The translations under genes were made by a program, and so were the position numbers. Under the pieces are notes generated by a model. That model saw only the letters and a list, made by a program, of their open reading frames with translations, made no database searches and had not been told where the DNA came from. A stretch of DNA of 64,000 nucleotides from Podarcis pityusensis (Eukaryota): the NCBI GenBank assembly GCA_964106645.2, contig OZ067039.1; one strand, written 5' to 3'. How positions within the stretch are numbered: the stretch's first letter is position 1; the number at the start of each line of letters is the position of its first letter. Positions 1 through 55,800 of this stretch are shown here, in pieces.

Positions 1-1041
1 CACATGCTTAGCATGCAGAAGAACCTAGAGGTTTATTCCCCTCGCTGGGAAAGAAAGAAAGTCAATGTAGACAATATAGGGCGGCTAGATGGACTATACA
101 GATTTCTGTGTCGGCAACAACTAGGCTCCTGTATGATTTTTATGTGCAAACATGCTATGAGTGATGTTTTGCACTGTGTTTTGCAGATTTGTTTCAGTGG
201 ACCTCTGAGGGTTCCTCTGCCTGAGGCATTCCCAAACTGTGGTTCATGGACCATCAAGCTTCAATCAGGTGGCCTGTGGTGTATCTATGAATTTTTGGTT
301 GAAGACACAAGATGGCAGAACCCTTGCATTAAATATTCATATTGATTTTATTATTGTTGCTTTTATTATATTGCATTTTAATGTATTACAATTTTAATTC
401 TATGGACATAAAAGAAATAAAAGCGGCAATTAAAATGCAATTAAAATCATATAGCATCTAGCATAATCATAATTGCTATAACAAATTGAAACATAATTTA
501 AGTGTTGCACCAAACCCTTGGCAATTTTCAAGTGGTCTGTTTTATAATTCTCTCTTAACACTTTTCAGAGTTGTGTTGGTGGGAGTGATAGTCTGAGACA
601 ACTGGAACCAGGATGAGAAATTAAGACTTAGATACGTTCAAGTTTTCAGAATACAATGATTTATAATGGGGTGTCATCTAGGTATTGTTACATTGGGCAA
701 GTTACTTTAGTAAAAATGCTTTCAAAGAGACTTCACATGCTTAGCATGCCTTGTCATTATTTAGTGACAGTGAAAGGCTTACTTAATATGCAGTTGGCAA
801 ACAATTTGTTTAATTTCTGTGCATGGTATGTTATAATCTAAAAGAGGACATGTCCCTTTCCAGGGTAACGGTGTGCAATGCAGTTGCAGTGTGGAAGATC
901 TGCTGGGGAGACTCTTTTTGTCCCATCAGCAGCTGAAGTGCAAGTGAGGATGTGGGAGGGTTCAGCTTAGACTGAGGAGCTCCCTGCCTAGGGAAGTCAG
1001 TCTTGCCTGCTCTCTTTCTGTTTTCTGCCATCTGGTTAAGG

Positions 1042-1533
1042 CAGGGGTCTGCAACCTTTAAGACAAAAAGAGCCACTTGGACCCGTTTCCGAAGAAAAAA
1101 ACCTGGGAGCCGCAAAACTCGTCATTATAAAAATAACTTTTTTGTCACTTTTTTATTATTTCTTTGTTTGACCCCTCAGAATTACTCCTCCTCATAGAAA
1201 TAAACGTTAAATTAACAAGTTACCTTTTTGTGTGTGTGTGTTCTTCACTCCCCTTCAAAACAGTGACCAGCGTACATGCCCCCTTTCAAAGCAGTGACCA
1301 GCGTACATGCCCCTTACAATGTAGCGGGCGGGTGGGAAGGTGACGTCAGGACGGTGCGTGACTAACGCACGCACCGCCCCCATGCGACGTCACAGCCAGT
1401 ATAGCGCCCGCCACAGTGGGGAGTGTCGGGGCGCACAATGCGCCTCCTCCCCTCGCTAGTATCCGCCCCGGAGCCATGGCAAAGGTGTAAAAGAGCCACA
1501 TGCGGCTCCGGAGCCGCGGGTTGCAGACCCCTG
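1042..1533. mobile_element. Non-autonomous hAT (Charlie-like) MITE
   Basis: Perfect 15-bp TIRs CAGGGGTCTGCAACC / GGTTGCAGACCCCTG and perfect 8-bp TSD GGTTAAGG (1034-1041, 1534-1541). Confidence 0.92.
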
Positions 1534-3396
1534 GGTTAAGGTGTTCTTGACCTGCTGGGTTTTTTGCTGATGCCCTGACTTTGTGTATCTTATCTTCAAA
1601 TTTTTAAAGCTCTTGTTAGGATTATCAGTAGCTGTTTGGCTATTTTGAAGATGCTACCAAGTGCCTTGATTTTTTTAAAATGGGAAGGTGGGATATAAAT
1701 ACATTTAATTATTAAGCAATACTAAATATATAATATAATCAGTATTAAACAATTAAAAGCCAAAACTTTGCAAATTTTTCATCAAAACTCAGATAATATA
1801 GTAATTTAATAACAGCTCAGGATACAGAGCAGGGCAATATTTTTAAAATAATGTAACATTTGCATTAACAATCCATTACAGACACTTCATCAAATAAAGC
1901 TAAACATCAGGAAACTAACCACTAAGGAATCTAAACATAAAAATCCAAGCAAAAAAATAAAATGAAACAAGATTGGGAAATGGCAATATAAAGCAGAAAA
2001 TATGAAATTTGAATTACCCTCAAAAGCATTCTGATTCGCTCCAGAGATCAATATTGTACTAAATACAATAATAAAGTACCCAGCTAGCTCCTTATTTGTG
2101 TGTTCTACATACACCTATTAATCCCTCCTGTCTTCCAGGGGCAAAAAATAGAAGTAAATAATGCTTTATGTCTCACTAGAGGTAGCAGGTATTAGAGCAC
2201 CTCTCCCACTTTTGCTTCCACCAGCTTCTCATTTACTGAAGGCAGAACATCTTAACCCACCCAACAGAGAGAGGTGAAGGCCTTCCAGCTCCCCTTCATC
2301 CAAAAATTATAGTACTTGCTGGTGACAATTTGTTGAGATGTGACATGATTTCCAAAGGGGCAGAGTCAATTTTATATTTATGTTGTGAACTGCCCTGAGA
2401 TCTATGGATGAAGGGTGGTATACAAATTTAATAAATAAAATAAAATAAATACAACGTGGAATATCTCTCCTAGAAAATGGTACGTCCTGGAGAACAGGAT
2501 TTCTCCTGGGTGATTATTTCCCTTCCAGCTTTAATACAACCAGACTGTTATATAGCAGCTCTGGATCAGAGAGGGGTTGGACCAGGGCAGCTGCAAGCCT
2601 GCACACAGGTTCAGACACAGATAAAGACATGATCAGGAGTGGCCATGGTAGTGTCCAGGGAGGTCTGTCAAGAGCTGGAGATGAAAGACAGGAGATGGGA
2701 GGCAGCTGAGTAAGAGGAATTATCAACTTGAGTGTTAAAATCTCCAGGAAGAAGCATGGAGATGATGTTAGAGAGGAAGAAGGTATGCCAGGCCTCAAGT
2801 AGACTCTTTTCCAGAGTGAACTTCAAACAGTGTGACAGTGGGCAAACGTTAATGTAGCTTGAGGAACTAAATTACAAATAAATATATGGCATTAAGTTAT
2901 TGTAATCTAAGATTGGACAGATGAGGTTTCGTTCCTGTGATCACATCAGGTAGATCACATCTGGAATGTTGTGTACAAACATTTGTTTGCATAAGAAAGC
3001 CAGGTACTTCCCCCACTGTTTCTTACCTTATGCATACCTCCATGCATGTAGACAAGACTCTGCCTCTCTCCCAAGCCCTGTATGGGAAAGGGGTGAAATT
3101 CTGTCACCCTTGCAGCAGAAAAAAATGGGTGGGGTGCAGAGGAATCTCTTGTTTTTTCTTCTCCGCACTGCATCCCAAACTGAAGAGACCCTGGGCTCTT
3201 CCAAAAGCCCCCTTTGCTTGCGTCAGAGGTGTGGCAGTGGGGATAAGATAAAATTTGTAGTGAGAACAGGTAGAGGTTTATCTGGTAAGCCAAGCTGATA
3301 TTTGTAGACCCCTATTCATAACAAGCATTTTGCTGACTGATTGTTGTGACTTTGCCCACATGTGTTTGAAAGAACCCATTCTGGGATCTGTTGCAG

Positions 3397-46371
<42,975 letters not shown>

Positions 46372-47525
46372 GAACTGGTGATTCCAAACACCCCCCCTCT
46401 GGAGTCATTTTTTTGCTCACAGTATAGAAGGGGAGCGCACATACCTGCCTGTGCAGGAGCCAGACGCTTCTCACTAAGAGATGCCATGGCATTCATTACA
46501 CTCTCCAGCCACTGTCTTCTATGCTGCCTCAATACTAAGGAAACTAAAGGAAGGTCACTATAACATGCAAAGTTTCCCACCTAATGAAAGGTGCTGTGTC
46601 CCTTTCCTGTGGCCTTTTGCAAATTTAAATTGTATGGAAACCATGTGGTGTTCCTGCCTATTATGAATAGAACGTGTGAACCTTTTTCATGCCTAGTTAG
46701 TCTTTCCAAGAAGTTAGAAAGAATGATGTGAAGATGGACATTCTCTTGCAGACTTAAGTAGCCAACTCTGAAAGAGTGTGATCACCAGGAGCCCAGCTGC
46801 TGAAGCAGGTCCTCCAGAGTCTGACACAGGCCAAGGAAAGAAAGATGTTCTTCATGCTCCCTTTTTAAGAGTTCGCTATACACTGTAGAAACGCAGAATC
46901 GCAGAGAGAAACCACTTTTTCCCTGATGGCTCCAGGATTTAAAAATGTGTATTTAGTGAAAAACTAGGTTTGTAGTGAAACAGTATTTCATGAAAGTAGA
47001 TATTTTTAGAATTTGAAATACCACAACTGTTCCTGGGTTACAAGGAAAGGCACATTGTGTTTAGTCTTCCTTTCAGTAAAACCTTTCAAGAAATGATTCT
47101 TAGAAATAAATCCAGAATAGCACAATTGGCCAGAGGAGAGCTAAAAGAAATTGACTTCCAACACCAGTTTCCACAAATGCAAGGGGGGGAAAGAACTTTT
47201 ATGTTTTGGAGATGTTGTACATCTCTCCCTAAACTGGCAAACCAGGTAATAGTTCACCAGTTGTCAGTTCTAGATTGGGACTTATACTTCCCAGAGCTAA
47301 TTTTCAATATCAGCTTTGTCCAGAAATATTTTCAGTAAAATGTTCCTGCTTGATAGAGTTGTATTCAGAATTGTCACCATTGAACTGATGGATTCCATTG
47401 TTTGACTGTACATTGGGACTATATCTACCTTCTATCCAGCTGTACTGTAGTGCCACCTGCAGGCCTGTTAATATGTTCACGGTTATTTCATTTTTTAAAA
47501 AATAAAAGTCATTTACTGTAGAATC
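46372..47525 (+). other. KDM3B: KDM3B 3' UTR (end approximate)
   Basis: No recognisable repeats from the stop codon to AATAAA at 47501. Confidence 0.65.
47501..47506 (+). terminator. Polyadenylation signal AATAAA (probable KDM3B distal site)
   Basis: aataaa about 1.13 kb after the stop codon; a second AATAAA lies at 47105-47110. Confidence 0.6.
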
Positions 47526-48418
47526 TTCTTTAAACCTACACTGAATCTGTGCAAGAGGAATTGTGGGTGGGGCTAAAGAAGTGCCTTTGCTTCCGAGCTC
47601 CCACTCCTCTCCCATAACTCTGAGAGCTGCATTCATGCATATTTCTCAGAGGCAACTTCCAAGGTTTGCTGCACCATTTCCCTTCAGTACCTAGTAGTAA
47701 TGACCTTTTTTTCAGGAGGCAGTAAAACTGCAACATGGTTTCAGCAGTGAACTAGTCAAGCAATCCCATGTGTATTTTATTTCTCTTATAGGTATGATGT
47801 GGTCAAACTTGACCCATGAAACACTCTGGCATAACACAGACTACTCCCCAATTCAGAACAGGCTAAACCCTGTAAGAGTTACTATGGGAGAGCAAAAATG
47901 TCATAGTTGTAATCACTTAGAAGAAACCAAGATGTAGCAAACATTGTGTTTTTCCACTTATCTATACTACTCAAACTGGGATAAAGTCTCTGTGTGTGCT
48001 TACTCTCAGCAATTTATCTGAATTGCAAAGCCCCTTCAAAATACCTTCAGTTTTCCCTTCAGCCACCAGCAAAATGTTCCTCATCCATTTACAGCTATAA
48101 TTTCTTTGGCAATCTCACTTGAAATCTGCCTCATGCAACCAACGTTGGATACCCAGGTTTGGGCAGCTGGAGCATACTTGGGCTCCCATACTTTTGGAGC
48201 TGCATTGGTGCAAGGCCAGAATCAGTGCCATGACATGCAGTTCTGGTCACATCTCTCCACATCTGTTGGGTGACTGAGGGGTAAAATAGCCACCCCCAGA
48301 GATCTATTCCCTCATCTCTACATGCATACTCCCCAACAATTCTAGTTCATCAGCACTGACCATAGGACAGCAGCTGAAATTCCTCTATATTCCAGACTGT
48401 CAACATGGTCTCATCATT

Positions 48419-48620
48419 AGAACATAAGAGGCCTGCTGAATCAGACCAAAGGCCCATCTTGCCCTGCATTCTGGGGCCAGCCTGACCTATGGGAAGCCCA
48501 CAAGCAGGGCATGAGCAAAACCACACACTCCAGCTCAAGATCCCCAGCAGCTGGTATTCAGACATAACATGTCTGTGATAGCTGAAGTTAATGCCGCCAT
48601 TATAACTACTAGCAATTGCT
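48419..48620 (-). mobile_element. CR1 LINE 3' fragment
   Basis: agaacataagaggcctgctgaatcagaccaaaggcccatct...ctggtattcag. Confidence 0.7.
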
Positions 48621-50596
48621 TTGTCTCATTTGCCCAACATTACTGTACTGGTTTTGGTGGGTGACATTAATGGTACTTCCTTTTCTGTATGCACCAGTAA
48701 TTCTCTCAGAGCAGGAGAATCTTCTCAAGCAGGAGTTGATGCCTTCCAAACTACACATTTTATCATGGCTGCCAAGCATCTAAGCCTCAGGACAAAAAAT
48801 GCTAGTGGAAATCAGCAACGATTTGAATTGCAAATCCATATTTTATTTGTGGTGGTTTCAAGCTGTCCTGGATTTTAACTTCTCTCATCTGTGCTCCAGT
48901 GACTAAGCATTAAAAATATTGCTATGTTGCACTGTATTTCATAGGATTTTTAATGGGAAATCTCAGCTACTGCTTAGATTCTGAACAATTAGGAAATAAA
49001 CTTGAGTGTGTATAATAGTATTTGAATCCTAAGTCATGCAATTGCTACTACTAAAAACATACAGCAGCAATACTAGAGGGGCATGTAACATGCCCTCTCC
49101 AAGGTGTAGAAGAAGCCAAAGCAATAAAATTAATATCCCTGACCTTAGCACTATGTTGAATTCCACCTGTTTGGGTGATAGTCAACCAAATTTTGCTGAG
49201 TAGACCTATTAAAATTAATGAATGTTGTTTTATAGTGTGTCTGAACCTTTTGCTGGAGTTGTAATATTTATTTATGAATATGTGTTTAGCCTTAACCTTA
49301 TGCCCCAAGAAGTTCACATGCAAAAGGAATAAAGAAAGATTGATTAACTTGAATATATGTGGCAAAATATATGGATGCGGCTTAAGAAAGCAGGTACAAA
49401 TACAAGCTGGTTGCAAATTGTACAACACAAACATACCTTGGTCTAAAGAGCAAAGAAAGATCCCTATCAAAAGCTCAAAGAGAAATTAAGTGTGACATTT
49501 GTCACAGTACCCACACTAAAGCAAAGAAAGGGAGGGAGGAAGAATGGTGTCCTGAAGCAAAGCATAGTGTCAGGCTGGTCCTTGAGAGTAGTGTGAAAAG
49601 GGTCCATGAAAGCAAACCAGTCACTGAACATCTGGAGTTTTTTTATTATTCTGAGCCAATGCTAGGCTATGGAGAGGGAAGGGGGTCTTTGGGATTAGTG
49701 ATTTGTCATAACACCTATATTCCATTGTTACATTATTTCCTATTAAGTTCCTGTCTGTTCCTCATTTTGTTTATTTTGCTCATTTGGTACTGAAATGATG
49801 TTCCCTTACTGAGAAATTACTAAACTAGTTATATTTGTTTCCAGAGTCTTAAGGTTTTCTTAATGTTGTGAAACCCATTCTTTTTATAGGCGATGTTAAA
49901 GTTTGCTGGTAACACCAGATTACTATGCTGAACTTTATGTAAAGTATTAGGAGCCCAGGAACATATTTCTGGGACACATTTGAGACAGTAACTGGACCAG
50001 GGTCAAGGAAGTTCATTTAGGGGTATATTTTATATCAAGTTTATGCCAACTATTCCAGTGCCATGATCTAAAAAGTTCAGACTGGCACACACCATTACAA
50101 CATAACTTAGTCATGTTCATTAATTCAGTGGGTCTACTCTGAGTAAAACTTAGTTGAATAGCACCCTTTGTCCTCTTTCATTGTTCTTCCTAGATGTGCT
50201 GGCCAGCAATTACAATTTTTTTGCTGAATAATCCATTCAGGAGGCATTAAGCAGGCCAGCCATGGGTAACTGTTAATCATTTCATCATGGGAGCACATCA
50301 AAATACTGTGGCTTTCAGTTCTCCTTTCACATCCTCATTCTTGTGCAGTGAAATGCTTTAGCCAGCCAACTGGCTGTTGAAATGCTTTGAAGGTTTCAGT
50401 GAACTCTCTTTCCCTTTTTGGCCTTTTGATAGGCACTTTCCAGCTCTTCCTTTCCTTCTTTCTTATGGCTTATTCAGCCACTGGGGAGCCAGTTAAAAGT
50501 AGTAAAGGTTTCAGTATCATTTTTTAGTACATGGCAAAACAGAGTAATTGACTGACCAAGATATTTCTGACACAACCTTACATCTGAGGTTGTGGT

Positions 50597-50859
50597 GTTG
50601 TTGTTGTTTAGTCGTTTAGTCATGTCCGACTCTTCGTGACCCCATGGACCAGAGCACGCCAGGCACTTCTGTCTTCCACTGTCTCCCGCAGTTTGGTCAG
50701 ACTCATGTTTGTAGCTTCGAGAACACTGTCCAACCATCTCATCCTCTGTCGTCCCCTTCTTCTTGTGCCCTCCATCTTTCCCAACATCAGGGTCTTTTCC
50801 AGGGAGTCTTCTCTTCTCATGAGGTGGCCAAAGTATTGGAGCCTCAGCTTCACGATCTG
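50597..50859 (-). mobile_element. 5'-truncated BovB (RTE) insertion with perfect 14-bp TSD
   Basis: TSD TCTGAGGTTGTGGT at 50583-50596 and 50860-50873; (CAA)n tail; ORF 50620..50880(-) encodes LQYFGHLMRREDSLEKTLMLGK...VHGVTKSRT. Confidence 0.94.
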
Positions 50860-52192
50860 TCTGAGGTTGTGGTAGAACATTTGAAAAGTGCAGACTCCAG
50901 TGAGCCTTTTCCTTTTTTACGCTTTCACCAATTATCCATTAAATACATATGCTAAAAACATTTTAAGAAGAATGGCAAGGCCACTGAGAATGCATGTACA
51001 TTTTAACTTTACTTTCTTGGATGTCAGCAAATTGTAAAAAGAAAACGAAATAGGGTTATCTTTTAAACTTCTGGTATCTTATTTGTTGTAGTGCTTTGTT
51101 TATTAAGGGGGTTTAAAAAGATCCACTAGTACAGTGGGATGTGTCTTAAATACTGGAAACGGAAGAACAAGCCAGTTTAAGATAATATGATTTAATTACA
51201 TGATCTAACAAACTACAAGAGGTATTCAGTCTCAATTCTGATGGAAACGCTGAGGGGATTGGGTGAGAAAGATGGAGTTTTGCTTGCTTTCTGGAAGGGA
51301 GCAGGGGTACAAAAAGACCTTTCCAGGGCCTTTGGCTTTGGGGAGAGGGCCACCTGATAAGCATGGGGTAGCTGCTGCCTGAGACACCGATAAGAGCTGT
51401 TGGCAGAGGCCCAGACTGGTGTTTCCTCCGCATCCTCAGCCCCGTCCTGAACAAAACCCCAAGGATTTTAGGGATTCGCAATGGATAACGCGGCAACTCT
51501 GTCAAATCGAACAGTACCTGCAAGAGAGCCCCCCGCCCACACCAATATCCATTGTCTGCTTCTATGGCGGGGGGCCTTGCGGTTATTTCCCGGCCTTGCC
51601 CTTTAACAGTTTATTATAATAAACCCGGAGGCTCTTCTTGCACACAAAGATTCGAAATACGCAACTGGCTGGCTGGGGCCTGAGGCCGCCTATTCCAGTT
51701 GCGGCGTTGCAAACCAAGCAGGCCGGCTGCCCCCTGAACCCCGTTTCCCCGAGAGTTAGCCGCACTGAACTCAACAGGACTTACTTCTGAGGAGGCGTGG
51801 CAAGGACTGTACTGCGAGCCCTCTAAAGCGCTGGTCCAGAGACGAACGCTATTGCGGGGCTGGCTCTGCCCTCTAGGGCGGGGAGCGTGTCGCTTGACGC
51901 GGGGCCTGGCGGAGGCGCCGGACCTGCTGCTCTGCCACGGAGAGATGACGCGAAGGCCCAGCAGCAGCAGCCGCCGCCGCCGCCGCACTGACGACGAGCC
52001 CACCGCCATGCGCCCGCTGCTCTATTTCCCTCCGACAGGCGCCGCTGGCTCCTCCCCTTTAAGGAGCCGGGGCGGGGCCGCGCTTGCTGCAGGAACCTGC
52101 CCTTTAACAGCGCTCTCTTTTCCTCGCTGGTGCCGCTGCCGAAAGCCAGCTCGCCAGTCCCCGCCGGCCCCCGGAGGAGCCTCGGCCTCGCC

Positions 52193-52224
52193 ATGGTGTC
52201 CTGGATCATCTCCCGGCTGGTGGT
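52193..52224 (+). CDS. REEP2: REEP2 exon 1, coding part
   Basis: ATG GTG TCC TGG ATC ATC TCC CGG CTG GTG GT|gtaagc, 32 nt. Confidence 0.95.
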
Positions 52225-52797
52225 GTAAGCGCGCGGCGGCGGCGGGAGGAGGGGGACGACAGCGACGGGGAGGCCCTCCTCGCCCGTTGCTAGGCAACGG
52301 GGGAAGAAGATGGGGACGGGGGTCGTCTGGACGGGCGGCTCTCCCGAATCCCACCCCGTCCGGTGGTGCCCACTGCGCCCAGCCCTCTTCTCGGCTCCTC
52401 CGCTCCTCCGCCTCTCGGGGGCTCCTGAGGCGGACGCCCCCCCCCCCTGCCCCTGCTGCCACCCCGCCCAGCTTAACCCTGACAGGTGACAGGAGCGAGC
52501 CCAGGGGCGTCGCCTGGACACCGCGGGGCTCCCCCCCCCCCCGCTTATTAAGCTGCTGTCCGTTTAACGGCCCCTGGGCGCCACCACCTGAGGGCTGCAG
52601 GTAGGACGCCCAGCGCCTCTGACGATCTGCCAGCCTTGCAGCCGCTGCGCTAGGCCTGCTCTGCGCTGGCAGCGGAAGGGGGGAAGAGGGTGGATGGGCG
52701 AGCTAGCAAGGACCGGGGATTCTCCGGCCTGGAACCGACTCTACGCTGAATGAATAATCTCATGAGGTTTTTCTTCTTCCTTTCTCTTTTCTGTTTA

Positions 52798-52832
<35 letters not shown>

Positions 52833-55800
52833 CCTCTTGTTCCAGGCTGGTTTTCGGCACCTTGTACCCAGCATACTCCTCTTACAAAGCTGTGAAGACG
52901 AAAAATGTGAAGGAATATGTAAGTGTGAGGCAATTAACCATACGCTTGGTTTAACATCAACCCTTACTGTAGCTTGTCTCCCAGTGGTGTGAAGATACTA
53001 GCGACATAGCTTGTTCAAGCAGGAAATTGGAATTCTACTGCAAAACGATGCTACAGTCCATGTCACCCGTGTTACACAACACTGAATAGTTCATCTGAGC
53101 ATTTTCTGCCTTATTTGAGTAAATAATGGTGGAATAGAGCTGAAATACCCATTCTTCTCAGTTTCGGTTTTAAAATTACATTATAGACCCATTTAAACAC
53201 CAAGTGACAGAAACTTCAAATGTGAAAATTCCTGAGGTGTCTTCACAATTGACTTAAATACTTTTTTTAGCACCTACATATCTGTGATGTCTCTTCACCA
53301 CAGCTCCAACTAATTTGCATTACCTCTTTGCTTTTTTCTGCAGTAAAGGTTACAGCTAGTGCAGCCCGCTTGCCTAATCTGTAGCATATGCTTCATAAAT
53401 GGCAAAGTCCACTTTCTGCATGGCTTTTAGTCAATTTAAATCAGATGGTTGCACATTTTGGCACATTAAAAACTATGCTCCTATCACTTGCGTGTTTGCA
53501 CAAAGTGTGAAAAGTGTCATTTTAGTGTCATTTGTGAAAATGCAAGTGTTTCTTTTTGTTGCCACTTTCTATTTGCTGCAGTTTCCCTGACACTGCTATC
53601 TATAATACTGTGGCATTTTCAAGAGTAATACTAAGAATTCTTCTTAGTATGGGTTGTGCTTCTTCTGAAAGTTGTTGTAAAATTGAAAGCAGCAAAGGCA
53701 TTTTAAATCCAGAATGGATTATTTGTTTTTAAAACGTAGGCCCATCCTTTTAAAACGTGGGACCAAAGACCATCCTTACCCATTACTTGTGAAAATCCTA
53801 GCATAGTGAATTTAGGATACAGTGCAGCTCAAGCAAAATGATGTACGTATGTATAGTTGTTAAATGGGCAAGATATATATAGTTGAAAAGAATTTGAGAG
53901 GGAGTGAATTTAGTTCAAGGGGCAATGCTGCTTCATTTACTTATTTACCACATTTTGTTGCTCTGTGATTCAATTATGAAATGAAGAAAATTTCTTTTTT
54001 AACATCTATGACTTTATTACAAAAGTTCAGTTGTGGAGAAATTAACATATTGATTGCATTTGAAAATGCATACTGGGAATGCTTCTGAAGCAGTTTAAGA
54101 AAGAAAACCCCTCTTTGGTTTGGGTTCCAGTTTTGCAGAATATTTGAGTTAGATGGCTTTTTAAAAGCATTAGACAAATTCCTGAAGGAAAATGAATCAG
54201 TGGCTATTAGCAAATGTACCGTGGTGGGGGCCAAGGGGTCTTCAGCCCCCCAGTTTTTCAAGGAGGGGGCTGGGCTCCCCCCAAATCCAGTGGCCTGCTC
54301 TGCCACCTCCACCCCACCTATGTCGTGAAACCCTGCTGATGTCATGTGGGGATGAGGAGGCTGAGCGGTGAGCCTGGCGGCCCCACTCTGCCTCCTCCTC
54401 CCTGACCAATGTTGTGCAGGGAGGAGGAAGCCAACCACGTTCCCCATTCCCCACCCGGCACACAAGCGACGGCATCACAGTGGGCGGGACACGTCACATG
54501 CCATGTCTCCCGCTATGCCTCACATAATGCACCTCCGCAATGTGGGGGGCAAGTGAGTGCCCTTGGCTGTTAGCCATGATAACTAAATGGAACATTCATG
54601 TGTCTGAATATCAGTTGCTTGGAATCAAATGACATAGAAGGACTATTGCCTTCATGCGCTGTTTGTGGGCCTTCCAGTAGCACATGGCAGAACATTGTTA
54701 GAAATGGGGTACTAGACTAGAATGGAGACTGTCGGATCCAGCAACTTATGTTTGCTCCACCACTTTGGCAAAAAAGGGAGGTTTAACATAAGCCTTCTGT
54801 TTCAGAGATCCATGGTGAGATTCTTCAGCAGAGATCTCACTATTGATTGTTTTAATGTAGCAGATATTACAGAATCCCATAGTGAGCATAGCATATAGGC
54901 TTTGTAACCTTTCTCTACTTCTTACAACTCCTTGCCTGCCTGCCTCCATGGATTGTGCCGAGCGAGCGATGGCCAAACAGTCATTCAGCAAGAGGGCCCG
55001 GGACACGGCAGCAAGGCCAGCCTGGGCTCTGGGGCCCAGAAACCCCAATGGGGCTTTTATTAGTCAGGGAGGGCAAAAGTTGAACATACATGTGGTATGC
55101 CTCTCTCCTCCAAGAATTCTTCCCACCTCCATGGATTGCAGATGTATCCAAAATAACTGGAGGTGTGAAAGATACATCTGGCTGTGCCCTAACTATGATA
55201 CCCAATTTGGAATGGATGTGAGTAGTTTTTTTCTGTGAAGTGTTTAGTGAACAGGTCACAGTGAATACTTGAGTGGTTCTCCCCCACCTTTAAGGCCAAA
55301 CATTGATCACTTCTAGTTTCATTGGACAACTGAGTAGATTCAATGGTGGCAGAAAAGTCTGACTTATTTGCTGCCATCACCACCAGGGTGATGAAAGTGA
55401 GCTCTAGCCTGTGTGATCACATTTGTCACAAGTCTCCCGCTATCGTCATTCCAGTTGTTGCCAATGTTGTTTCATTGCCTTAAGTTTCCCAGACCCATTA
55501 GGGAGAAAATTTGGCTCTCTTCTGCTTTCTATGATTCATGCACAGTGATGATACAAATTCAGGGATTCAAACAGCCTTGCTCCCAAATAAAGAATGTTTG
55601 TTGTAACTATTATTTTAAGTTGACAGCCCTTCCCCAACCACTACTAAATCCCAGTCTCCCTTGCTCACCCCTGTTCAAGACTGCATGGTCAGTTATTGAG
55701 GGGCTACATGGAGAGCAAAGAGTCTTGGCCATTGTCCTTCATGAATTGTGTGTACCCTAAAATACCCCATCACTTCTGTGTAGCTGTGCACTGAAAGGCA

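Larger units (their letters stand above)
51650..52740 (+). promoter_or_regulatory. CpG island / REEP2 promoter, exon 1 and proximal intron 1 (edges approximate)
   Basis: Abrupt rise in GC and CpG; GC boxes (ggggcggggc at 52069-52078, ccccgccc near 51531); strong Kozak gcctcgccATGg at 52193. Confidence 0.88.

Noticed and set aside
51820-52380. REST/RE1 or CArG site in the REEP2 promoter
   Set aside because: Only partial matches (gcgctggtcc, gtccggtggtgcc; cctttaagg has five rather than six A/T).
51614-52604. Long ORFs of 131-250 aa on both strands at the REEP2 promoter
   Set aside because: Stop-codon scarcity in a CpG island with low-complexity Arg/Gly/Pro translations; only the ATG at 52008 is kept as a uORF hypothesis.
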